Shown here in pieces: positions 36,684-48,026 of a stretch of 64,000 nt of DNA. Below the pieces are notes generated by a model. That model ran no database searches and had not been told where the DNA came from. It saw only the letters and a program-made list of their open reading frames with translations. Numbering within the stretch: the first letter of the stretch is position 1; every line of letters begins with the position of its first letter. Origin of the DNA: Pseudovirgaria hyperparasitica (Eukaryota); the NCBI GenBank assembly GCA_010093815.1, contig ML996568.1; one strand, written 5' to 3'. Made by a program: the position numbers and the translations under genes.

Positions 36684-38768
36684 TCATTCAATGCTCATCT
36701 TCATGAGACCATCATTGGTATCAGTCATCCCTTGAAGTCCAATTCTCTTCGGGCCTACAACAGGAGTCATACTCGCCAGACTTCCCCCGCTCCCTGAACG
36801 CTCTCCGTTCGCATGACCGCACACCGAACCCTCTCGGCTCAGTCTGGGATTATTCCAGGTGCCTTCGCGCTGGCTTGGGGATTGTGATAGGATTGGGCTA
36901 TTCTGTACACTCACACCAGGGGATACAGCGCGTCGTTTTATTGAGTTGATGTCTAGGTCGTCGTCTCTTCGCCTTTTGTTAGACTTCTTCAGTCCTTCTG
37001 CCGCCGTTGGCGGATATGCCTGCGGTGTTCCGCTACGAGAGGCAGAGCTATGAGTGCCATTCTCGTACCCTCGTGCTGAGGCCGACGACGCCGCGGGAGA
37101 GTCCATACTAACATCGTCACTGAGTGCGGACGAACTGCCGCGTGGGAGGTAGGCAGGCGGTGGGGTATATGAATGTATCTCGTTGCTCCATGAGGTTCGC
37201 GAGCCTGGGAAACTTGAATTTGTAGCCCCGAAAGCTCCAAATAAGCCCTTATTGCTGGGTGCAGAGGCGCTTTCTAGCCCCATACCAGCATCCTCAGGTA
37301 TGTCTTCGAGCGACTCTGCAACTCCCGAGGCTGGAATCAGCGATGGCGACGAGTGGGCTGTACTCGGCTGTAAGTCATAGTCTGCATCGCTTTCGCGGAC
37401 TTGTCTTATGATCTCCGCTTCTCTGCGGGCTTCGCTATCTATTGGGGCATATTCTTCGAACAGTTCATTCTTGATCCGTCCGAATTGTCTGGACTTTGGC
37501 TACTCGGCATTAGTGTCTCGTGTATAAATCCTTGTACAGACTCGACCTACGAGTAAATTCGCCCGTCTGGAGACTACCCGTCGAACAACTCCCGGGGTAG
37601 TTGGCACAGGCGGGCCAGTCTCATCCCCACTGTCGTTTCCCGACGAGATGTGTAAATCATTTGTGTGTAAAGATAGACTCTCACGTCTCGAGTTCGACTT
37701 CCGCATGACGGCCTCTCGAACAAAGTAACCTCCGCCACCTTCTGTATTCCGGCCCTGTGGTGGCGATGCTGGGCCCGGGCTAGCGAGCGAAGTCCTTCCA
37801 TTAGCACTACTAGATCCTTTTCTGCTCTTAGCTTTCCTGAGCCTCGCTCTGTGTATGCTCATGAAGTTTGGTGGGCCAGATGGTACAAAAGGATTCGCCC
37901 AGCCTCCAGGACTGTGGCCCGACGTCGCTGTAGATCCAAAGGGTGAAGGTATGTTGTGGTTCGACTTGACTACTTGCGGCGTCATGAGTACTGGGTCATC
38001 GACGTCGTCTGTGTATAACATGGCATCTTCCATCTCAGATTCGCTGCTCGAGGAATCGTCAATTCCCAGCATATTGACACTACCAACAGAGCTTGAGGTC
38101 ATAGTTTTCTCCAGACCCACGTTATTCCACGCAGCATTCGCCCCTCCACTTGGTGAGTCCATTGTTATAAAGGAGCTTGTCCGAGATTTACGGGGTATCA
38201 CGAGTCCTTTCTGTGTTATCGTAGGGGACGAATCAGGCGAGGACTGCTCCGCAAGGGTAGAGTGATGAAGATTCGTGCACGCTCGTGAGAACTCTGCACC
38301 TCGGGAACGGCGTGGGAGAAGGTGCAGAGGTGAGGCGTATGTAAGGGTACGGTCCAACTGAGGCGATAGAGGTGCCCGTGTTTGGGTATTTAAGACTGAC
38401 GTTGGCATGCTAGAATCCCGAGGTGGCATCTGAAGTGACAAGCCACGCGAGAGGAGTTCTGGCCTTCTTGGGGTCTTCGGGCCTGATATAATTGTATGGT
38501 CATCTTTTGACTCTTTCTTCGGCTCGCGAAACTTTGGAGATGGTGATAGCTGAGGGAGAGATTCCGAGAAGGAGCGGCTCTTCGAAGGAGAATTAGCCGG
38601 CGTGCGATTCGGATTATTGTGGTTCGGTACCATGTCGCTAGGATGGCTCTTGTCCATTCGCGCGCTCGAGTCTGGCAGTTGCGATGTTATCTGGCTGGCG
38701 ATGATGGCGCTCATGGTGGTAGCGTGGATCGGATCAACTGGACCATTGGAAGTGAAGCTTGAAGACAT
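36684..38768 (-). CDS. Ser/Pro-rich conserved hypothetical protein; intron 37500-37550
   Basis: Two long ORFs joined in frame (RRANLL|PKSRQFGRIK); motifs RGLSLQMP, LPRRSRGAEFSRACTNLHHSTLAE, KRRAVSPG, GMTDTNDGLMKMSIE. Confidence 0.85.
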
Positions 38769-39120
38769 TTAGAAGCCTATTCAGCACCATAGTATGTATT
38801 AGGAGCTGGAACTGCAGTTGTTGAAGTTGGACTAGGATGAGCGTGTGTTTGTAAGACACGCATCAAGCGCGATGATGTTAGTGCTCCCGAGCAAGGTCTT
38901 GGGGCGTCAAACAGCCCCGCGTAGATCCATCCATACTATCCATTAATACCAGGAGGGGGTACGATGGAATATACTGATTATATCGTATCAAGAGGCGGCC
39001 ACTTACTTGACAGGACCTGCTTGCGACTACACAACACATTTGGCATACAGTTTTATCTTAGGACTACATCCTTTACAGAACACTCACGGTCCCGTATACG
39101 AACAGTTTTCCCGATTGAGC

Positions 39121-40926
39121 TCACTCACTGCACACAATACCTCTAACATGCTTGACATCGTCCCAGCTAGCTTCCCAAATGGTGCTCATGACGAATTCTG
39201 GCTGCCTCTCGACGACTCTTATTTTCCCGATACATCTGCACATCTGTTTCTGATCCACTGCTGAGGCTTGCAAATGCAGCGCATTGAACTTGGAAAGCTC
39301 TGTCTCTTTGCGCACATCGTGCACTGATCTCAAGTATGGCGGTCTGTCGTGGAATAAGTCACACAGAACAAACTTCTGTGCATTGTTATCTCCTTCAGAG
39401 GCGCTTAAAATCCTTGCATAGAGCTCGATGACGATTCCTTGATTACAGCGCATTGCGCGTAGGCCCTCGTTTATAGCCTCTCCCACCCGAAAGCAAGTTC
39501 GAGATAGTGTGTCTTTCGATAGTCCGATGATTGGCGACCGGTCTCTCACTGACATTGGGAAAGGAGGCCTAACAAAAGGTCGGAGCCGATCTGAGGCCTC
39601 TTCTTCTGTGTGCGGAAGTCTCATAATTGCTATCCCATCTTCGTACCTCCTGTCGTCGAGACTACTCAGTTCATCATTGAGAACTTCGCTCGGCTCAGAG
39701 TCTCTAATGATACCATTCCTGGACTTTCTGTCATCACTCTCACCGTCGTCAAACGCATCTATCTGGAGCGACCAGTCTATTTCATGGGTTCCCTTGGGGC
39801 TAGAAGGTGGCTGTGACGCCAAGCTTAAATAGCCCATTAATGATGTATCAATGTCATCGAAAACATCTGACTCGAAACCTGTCTCGGTGGTGAGGTCTTC
39901 AATGCAAGGCTCATGTGGGTCTAGATTCTCGATTTGTTCGTCAGATTCAAGCTCATTGAACTCGAAGTAGCCAGAGTTAAGGAAGTCAGAAGTAAGGAAA
40001 GAATCACTCTGCTGAATTAGCATATGGAGCTCGTGATTTTCTTCCGTGGCATTCGTCATGGACGTCGTGTCGATCGCTGACGGACTCATAATGTTGATAG
40101 CTAGCAAGTCCGAATCTGATGATGTATCAGAATCAGTGAACATATCTGGGACTTCATGTGAAGTTGCGATAGGCACCGTCTCGATAACAATCGCAGCTTT
40201 GGTAGTGGACTGCTTTTGGTCGGATCGGACAACTGGGACATTGGGATTAGAAGATGGAGATAAATTGCTATTCTTGACGATTTCTAAGATTAGACGTTCT
40301 GTCCGGCTTGCGCATCCGGTCGAACTGGGAACTAGCTGCCCTATGCCTCTCTGTCGATCGTAAGCAGTAAACCCGTGAATGGTCTGTGATTTCAGTGCAT
40401 CTTGCGAGGTTAGTGGCGCGACGAGCGATACTGCGTCTGTCAAGTCATGCCTAGATGCTATCTTCGTGGACAGAGTCGAAGGTATCGTTGCGAATCGTAC
40501 AAGCTCTGTGGCAGTATTAAAGTCTGCCGGAGCAGTGAGTGGATGGAGACTCGGAGTGCTTTGATACATATGTAATGGCGGACTGGATTTATTAGGAGTC
40601 TTCTTCGGTTTGGTGATTTTGAAAACCCTGGTCACAGGTTGCGAGTGGTTATCACTGGGTATTCTCGTTGCACGCTTCTTTGTCAATGCCTTGATCTCTG
40701 GAGATTTCTGAAGACTTGGATTCGTCGATCCAGAATGCACTCGGATGCGCTTGCGTCGAGCTTGAGCCGCATATGAGCCTGTCGTCTCACATACGTGTTG
40801 TGGGCTCCTCTTTGGCTCAAACAGGAAAGGATGATCTAACGGTTGAGAGATTTCGACTGCGCGATTGTCACTGTCAATAAAACTTGTCTTCCCCAGTGTA
40901 ACATTGATCGGCGTGAATGAAGACAT
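39121..40926 (-). CDS. Hypothetical protein: disordered N-terminal region and globular C-terminal domain (possibly OB-fold-like)
   Basis: 601-aa ORF; C-terminal block RPFVRPPFPMSVRDRSPIIGLS..TCFRVGEA...IELYARI...FVLCDLFHDRPPYL...CRCIGK...IWEASWDDV. Confidence 0.75.
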   Translation of the reverse strand: MSSFTPINVTLGKTSFIDSDNRAVEISQPLDHPFLFEPKRSPQHVCETTGSYAAQARRKRIRVHSGSTNPSLQKSPEIKALTKKRATRIPSDNHSQPVTRVFKITKPKKTPNKSSPPLHMYQSTPSLHPLTAPADFNTATELVRFATIPSTLSTKIASRHDLTDAVSLVAPLTSQDALKSQTIHGFTAYDRQRGIGQLVPSSTGCASRTERLILEIVKNSNLSPSSNPNVPVVRSDQKQSTTKAAIVIETVPIATSHEVPDMFTDSDTSSDSDLLAINIMSPSAIDTTSMTNATEENHELHMLIQQSDSFLTSDFLNSGYFEFNELESDEQIENLDPHEPCIEDLTTETGFESDVFDDIDTSLMGYLSLASQPPSSPKGTHEIDWSLQIDAFDDGESDDRKSRNGIIRDSEPSEVLNDELSSLDDRRYEDGIAIMRLPHTEEEASDRLRPFVRPPFPMSVRDRSPIIGLSKDTLSRTCFRVGEAINEGLRAMRCNQGIVIELYARILSASEGDNNAQKFVLCDLFHDRPPYLRSVHDVRKETELSKFNALHLQASAVDQKQMCRCIGKIRVVERQPEFVMSTIWEASWDDVKHVRGIVCSE

Positions 40927-41652
40927 CGGAGGTGTGGTGCTTCAGGTTCGCGGACGGTGTACTGGCTTTAGATATAAAAGGTCATCATCAGCGATAAATT
41001 GTCATGGAACCAAAGCCAGGTCAGATCTGAAGATGGAAGCCATTCAAGTTGCAGTTGCCGAAATTCGACCGAGTGGGGTCATGCCAGTCCTGTGACGTTT
41101 CTGGTGATTGGACCCACCATCCATCCCTCATAGCTCTTTGTCTCTTCTCATAGTCAATCACAATATACACAACCAAGACCCCATCCAATACATTCAACAT
41201 ATCCTCATTATTGGCCACTGCAACTGATCGTGCGCTTTGAGCCTGCTTTCAACTTTGGACCCTGTCTCTTCCAAGCTAGGGTTGATTGCTTGGACCGGAG
41301 CACCTCCGAAGCCACTTGCAGCCTGCCGTTCACCCGTACATGATAAATTGATACAGCAAACTCCTGTCAGTAACTTATCGAAAGAGTTATACCATCCTTT
41401 GGTGCATGCCAGTTCACCGCAAAAGCACTGTTAAGACGTGTTTCTCACACAAAGGACGTACGTGAAATATGCATTCGTATCTCACCCCCGCTGCTGAGTC
41501 ATCCACTATTCATTCTCGGCTCTCGAGTAGAAAGAATGTGTTATGGTCCATGCATGATATAGCCAGAGCAATAAGGCTTACGTACTGGCATGTCTGACTG
41601 ACCTAAGAGCCTGAACAGTCATCGAACTCTCTGAACATCATCACTGGCGAAC

Positions 41653-43059
41653 ATGTTCAGTACTCAGGTGAGCACGCAGCGGGTTTTACTTCTGTGTTGC
41701 CTGGATATAACTTCATCTCCAGTCTCTGACGTGTCCTCCAGCATCCGTATTCCGCAGTTACAGTCCAAATAGACCGATTGACAAGTGAGCAATACGAAGA
41801 AGATGACATCTCAGGCATCGTCGACCTTATCGAAGTGATTCGCATACAAGCCTCAGGTCCTACGGAGGCTGCGAGAGCTATTCGCAAGAAACTGCATGTC
41901 AGTATCCATGGCGCTCTGAATTAAACTAATCTAGATTAGCAAATATGGAGACGTGCATCGACAACTGCGGGCTCTCACCATACTTGATGGTCTGATCCAA
42001 AATGCTGGAAGTAGGTTCCAACGAACATTTGCCGACGAACCTCTTCTAGAACGTCTTCGTGTCATGGCTCGGGATGATATGATTGACAAGGCTGTGAAGG
42101 ACAAGTGTAACCTTCTGTTTCGACAATGGGCTGTCGCATACAAAGGAACACAGGGATTATCAGGCATCGCGACAGTATACAAGCAATTACCCCAGAAGAA
42201 ACGTCCAACGGTAGACTCATCTCGGGTCATTCGTGAAAACAATAGGGAAGCCGAGAGAGAAGAAGAGCCAGAGCAGGTGACACAGCACCGCCGTAACACC
42301 AGCAGCAAAAGCAATCCTGCGACCTCCCAGGGATCTGGCAGTCGACCAAATGCAGCAACTCTGGGCCCCTCGACTCCTGCAAGCTCATCCATCTTCAAGA
42401 GAGACAAGAAATCCAAAGGGAAGCCATTCAACTTGGAACGGGAAAAACCACAACTACTTGAGACCATCGCTTCTGCCTCGGTAGCAAGCACCAACCTTCT
42501 GAATGGCCTTCAGCTTGTGAACCGCGAGCAAAGTCGTGTCAGCGAGAATGCTGAATGTGTAAAGCGCTTTGAACTTTGCAAGCGTATACGTCGACAGGTT
42601 CTGCGATACATTCAACTCATCGAGACTAACGAGCAATGGCTAGGCGGTCTCCTCAATGCCAACGACGAGCTTGTCAAAGCCTTGATGGCATTTGAGATCA
42701 TGGACAAGAGCATTGATGACGATAGCGATAGTGACACTGAGGCCGCGATCACACAGTCTAATATGGTATCCAGTTCTCCAAAGACCCCACACGAGGCTAT
42801 GGCAGGACTCAATATCAGGGACGAGGACGCTCCACCTAAGCCTCCTCGACCAACACATCTTGGTATGCCTCCAGTTCCGCAGTTCGCTGGTGCTGGTAAG
42901 CAAAGGCTTGAAGACAGCGAGCCAGAAGATGACGATGAAGACCCGTTTGGCGACCAGAATGCAGTCAAGACGCCGTACATTGAAAATGACCAAATGACCT
43001 GGTAAGATCCTCTGAATGGCTGTAGCAGCATCGCTAATTCTTGCAGGCGCGACGTTTAA
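41653..43059 (+). CDS. lsb5: VHS/GAT-domain endocytic adaptor (Lsb5-like); introns 41668-41741, 41894-41939 (GC-AG), 43002-43046
   Basis: MFSTQ|HPYSAVTVQIDRLTSEQYEEDD...GPTEAARAIRKKL|KYGDVHRQLRALTILDGLIQNAG; GAT region RRQVLRYIQL...LLNANDELVKAL; C-terminal DPFGD motif. Confidence 0.88.
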
Positions 43060-44697
43060 GTACATTCGCTTTCTAGGCTTCATAGATCATTCTAAGGCCC
43101 TATGCTCATACCTACGAATAACGTGCCCATCATATCATGTCTATCTTGTGATCTTCTCTAGTGCACGATGCATTTCTAAGCCAATCACCATAAAACGGAT
43201 TGTAGGTCAGAAACTATGTACCTGGACATCGTTCTCACAGGACGAGTAAGTACACCAATTCCTGCCAACCAAGTCTCCGTATTTGTCACTCAGCACCTGA
43301 TCATGACGTTCCAGCACTTGTAAACACAGAGGGCTATTGCACGTTCATTTCTATCCATGTTACTTGTCTCTCGGGTCAAAGACCCGACCGGTATGCGTAA
43401 TCCTCCTTCCACATGTTGGTACCCTGATGCGCGAGGAACCCAACGGTCCATTGAGTCTCCACAGTGACAATTTGACACGATCCGGAAGTAAACCAACGCA
43501 TAACCAACGCAGTGGGAACATACTCGCTGGTCACCAGATGGAGTGCTATGTTTCCACCATAAAGCAAAGATATGGAGAGCTTCGGTGCCTGTTAGATGTG
43601 GGGACTAATATGTGCTTCAAGAACAAAAACTTTACTAACTCAACACTGAATCCTTCTATAAACAACAAACACAACACTACCTGCAGATAAGAGGAATGAG
43701 ATGGTGACGATATTGATGTGAACCTCAATGATGACTGGACCTATGATCTACGTCCTGTTGGAATATGCCAACAGCAAGCCACATGTATCGATCCATTCAT
43801 TCGAAATTGCTTATCGTTGAGCTTGTACCTATCTGAATGTATGCGATTAGTCGGAAAAAGTGCTTGAGAGTAGCATGGATACTCAAAAAACCGTGCTCTT
43901 TGGGTGAGAGAAATGCGATACACCGAACACGGAGCCACCGAAATCAGCGTTCTAAGCTAGAATCTCTACTTTCAAGGTGGCCTGGAACGGCAAACATTGT
44001 ACAATGGAGCTTGAAGAATTGCTTCCCAACCAAAAAACATAGCTATTTTCGTCAATCTCCAAGTTGAAAGAACTTCTAAAGGTAGAGCTAGGAACCGCAA
44101 AAATCGTACTTCTCAGCTAAGGAAACCGCTTCAACGTGAACAGGAGTCAGCTAGAATTAGTAGCGCAGAACATACTAATCGCTTTCTAGCCATGTGGAGG
44201 CTGTAATATATAGTTGTTATGTGTATTAAGGTGTGCTGATTGGGTACTGTGTACGAAGATCTTGAACGCCTCAACGTCGAGGACATCATATAAATGTGTC
44301 GGGTGTAAGTTACACAGATTCTAAAGGTTGGTTAATTGCTTTATTCTGAATCCGAATTGTGTATATAGATAGTTTCTGGTAGAAGTAACTCCTATTGCGT
44401 AGACCATAGGCCACGTTTGTGCATGTCTCGAAGTTTGAAGTCACCGAACGGTGAACAGGACACGCTGTTTTCAAGTACATCGATCGTAAGAAGCAGTGCT
44501 ATGGTCAAATCTGGATATAGAATCGGATGGACAGATGGCAATGCTAGCACATAGAAAGTCACCAGGAAGCACGATTCACGAAGTTCATCTTGACGCGCAA
44601 CCAGTATTCCATTCAATTGGTATCATTAAACCTGCTTATCCAGCCACCCGAGAACGCCATGCCCCATGCTTTGACCCCGATTTCTCCCACCCAAAGA

Positions 44698-45290
44698 TCA
44701 CACAAACGCGCTGCCGTCCGGCATGACAAAGCCGGACTCGGCAAAGTCCTCGCGCAAGTGCGCCACCATGCCCTCGACCTTGCTGCGCTGCTTGTCGAGC
44801 AGCGCGGCCTCCCTGCCAGATGCGCCGGAAAGAGGGTATCTTGGGGCACCGGCGACCTCTGGGGTCACCTTCCACATGGCCTTGCGGCCTGGTGGCGCAA
44901 CGCCCTCCATGACAAGAATTAGCCCCTTCTGGACACTACAGGCGAAGATGTTGGCGTCCTCCGCCTCGATCGTGAGATTTTCGAGCTCCGGGCCACTGAT
45001 GCTGGCGTCGGAGTCTTCAGTCGGATTTGGGTGTGAAGCACCCTGCTGGACAAGGTAGCTCCTGTCGTTCCAGACCATTGAGACGATGGCGGCGCGGCTA
45101 CGGAGAGCTTTGATATCCTCCACTGGAGTGTTGTAGGCGATGAGAGTGCCGTTTGGCGACATGACGCTTTCGATGATGTTAGCAGTGCCGCTCAGTCGAC
45201 AAAATCATCGACGACTTACAAGATGACAGGCGAATATATCTCGTGGGCATTCCGAGAGAGAAAGTCACTGAGCGCCTTGATCTCGAGCAT
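44698..45290 (-). CDS. Roadblock/LAMTOR2-like protein (candidate Ragulator/EGO subunit); one intron ~45167-45219
   Basis: MLEIKALSDFLSRN...PVIF|VMSPNGTLIAY...LRSRAAIVSMVWNDR parallels the LAMTOR2 pattern ML.pKAL..vLSq...lL.n.eG.LLAY...a...AAIas.iW..y. Confidence 0.6.
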
Positions 45291-46152
45291 GGCTACGGGG
45301 ACCTGGCAGTCGTTAGCTTTAGGTGTTTCGATTGAAATTGACTTGCTTATCAACACCCGTGACCAGGGTGTTGTGTAGAAACTGCATTGATAATTACAGG
45401 ATACTTTGATCGATGGAAGAAGTCATAGACCTTATCTTCCAGGTCGTTGAAGCCTTCATGAACAGCGTGAAAGAATCGTCGAATATGTGCGGTGACCATT
45501 TCGAAGAAAAACGACTTACGAGCTGAGTCTTGTTGAATAACTTGTAATAGCTCAATCGAGCTGCCAGGGAAGCTGGTCTTGGTGTATTGAGCTGTTGAAG
45601 TCTTGGAGAGTGAGTGTCAACGCAAGAGTATGAATCTCAGGCTTTGATTCGATGAGTGTACGGGCATGTAAGTTTTGGACGCGGTATCTAACAATTGACG
45701 CACAGCAAAGAAGTTTGTTGTTGAAAGTTGAGTTTGAGGTTCGCGGTTTATCTTCACTTTAAAGATCTCGAGCTCGAGCAACAATAGCAACACTAGTGCT
45801 AGCGCGAAAGCCTGGACTTTGCGCTAGTCCTGTCCTGTCAAGAGTGGCTGATGCTCTAGTCACGTGAACAGAAACTCGTGGCGTGAGCACCGAGATGAAG
45901 AGGCGTCGAGAAAGTTTGAGATCTAAGTGCAAGTACACGGATGCTGCTAGTCGCGATATTTCTGTCCTTGCAAGATCCCATCTAATTGATGATGTTGGTG
46001 ATTAATCTCTCAGATGAAGCCAGAATGACCTCCACTTGCCCGGCCGAACCTAGCTCTCGACTGCACGTCATACGTCGCAGACGAAGCAACCCCTCTTATG
46101 ATTGAGATACGCCTTCAAGAGTTCATGATCAAGTCTTTCTATCTGGGCGCAC

Positions 46153-47380
46153 ATGATATCTTCCAGATTGCTGAGACTCACGCACATTAGCACCTTACGC
46201 CCACGAACCCCATACAGGTTTTCTAAAATCGCATATTTCGCAACCATGGCGACCGACCTCAGCAAGTACAAGTTCAACCACTCCATGTACGCCGCACACT
46301 GCCCGAGTCACCATAGCGATGCACTAATCCGATCATTAGGATACGGGTGAAGGACCCAGTAGAGTCAGTCAAATTCTACGAGTTTCTTGGCATGAAGCTC
46401 ATCGACAAGTCCTCACACCCCGACGCCAAGTTCGACCTTTATTTCCTTGCATACGATTCGCCTGGCGCTCTATCCCACGGCGCTCATCGCTCGAATCGCG
46501 AGGGCATTGTTGAGCTCACGCACAACTATGGCACTGAAAACGATACAGACTACAAGGTTGCAACCGGCAACAGCGAGCCAGGCAAAGGTTTTGGCCATCT
46601 GTGTATCTCGGTAGACAACATACAGGCTGCATGCAAGCGTATAGAAGATGCTGGGTACAAGTTTCAGAAGAAGTTGACAGATGGGTAGGTCATCACTCTA
46701 CCTAATGTTCAAGATGGTTCTATGCTCATGGATGCACCTTTCTAGGCGCATGCACAATATTGCTTTCGTTCTCGACCCCAATGGCTACTGGATCGAGATC
46801 ATCGCAATGAATGACGTCGAAGCGACTGAGAATGTGAAAGAGACAGACGTTAACACTTACCGTATGAACCATACTATGATTCGGGTAAAGGATATCGAAA
46901 AAAGTCTAGATTTCTATCAAGACGTCATGGGGATGAAGCTTTTGAAGCAGAACGACTTCAAGGAGGCTGGCTTCAGCCTTTACTTTCTGGCTTACGGCTC
47001 CGGTGCAGGCAGCAATGCCAGTGCCGTGAACCCTAGAGTTAATGCCGAAGGTATTCTTGAATTGACTTACAACCACGGAAGCGAGAAGGACGACAGTGTC
47101 AAGTACCACAGCGGTAATACAGAGCCCCAAGGCTTCGGGCATATTGCTGTTTCTGTTGATGATATTGAAGCTGCATGCCAACGTTTCGAAGACAAGAAGG
47201 TCAATTTCAAAAAGCGTCTGACAGACGGTCGCATGAAATCGATTGCCTTCATATTGGGTAAGCCAATGAAAACAACTCGTATTTGTCTGTGACGGGAATG
47301 CTAATGGCGATGCAGACCCTGATGGCTACTGGATCGAGATCATCCCGAACCAAACCTTGAAGCCTCGCGCTAATGCATGA
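46153..47380 (+). CDS. glo1: Glyoxalase I (lactoylglutathione lyase), two-domain fungal type; introns 46287-46339, 46685-46745, 47258-47315
   Basis: Duplicated VOC motifs NHSM|IRVKDP and NHTMIRVKD, ELTHNYGTE and ELTYNHGSE, GFGHLCISVD and GFGHIAVSVD, DPNGYWIE and DPDGYWIE. Confidence 0.95.
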
Positions 47381-48026
47381 GTGCACTCGAGCCTCTTCAG
47401 CATTCGTCATATGATGTATAAGATAGTGACAGTGATAGCAACTGCAACATCAATGAATCAGTTCAGGCTCTCAGAGTACATGAATCATGATCGACAATGT
47501 AATCGTCTGTTTCTTTCCTCACTGCACCTAACAGGTGAAATAAAGACTATAGAAACAGGGGCTTCTAGTGTGGGGTCAAGTATGATAGTGTGTGGGTCGT
47601 GGGGAAGACTTGATGCGGGGTATTGTGGGTAGCTGGCTTGATGCAATCATGTCACTGGAGGGTACCTATTCACTCCATTCCATTTATAGCTTAGCCTCGA
47701 CACTTTGGCACAACCTCGTCCGCTCATACCTGTGTCTGGCGTAAGATGCATGAGTAATTCTGCTGTGGCAGTTTTGTGGTCGTGGTGCGCGCCGCCGATT
47801 GCGGAGAACGAAGACTGCTATGTCGCTTGTCGATACTTACTCGTGTCATGCTGCTGCTGGGTCAAGTACCTAGACGTATCCTATTGTAGTACCCGACAGG
47901 TCTTTGGGTACCTTCCTGACACGTCGTTGTTTTACCTGCCTACCGGGTACTTAACTGAACCCCGTGACGTCTTGTACATTCTCTCGTCTCTCATCCTTTC
48001 ATCTTTCCTTGGCCGTTCAATTAAAC

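Noticed and set aside
43260..44400. Short ORFs between lsb5 and the roadblock gene
   Set aside because: No motifs or consistent splice structure; treated as intergenic.
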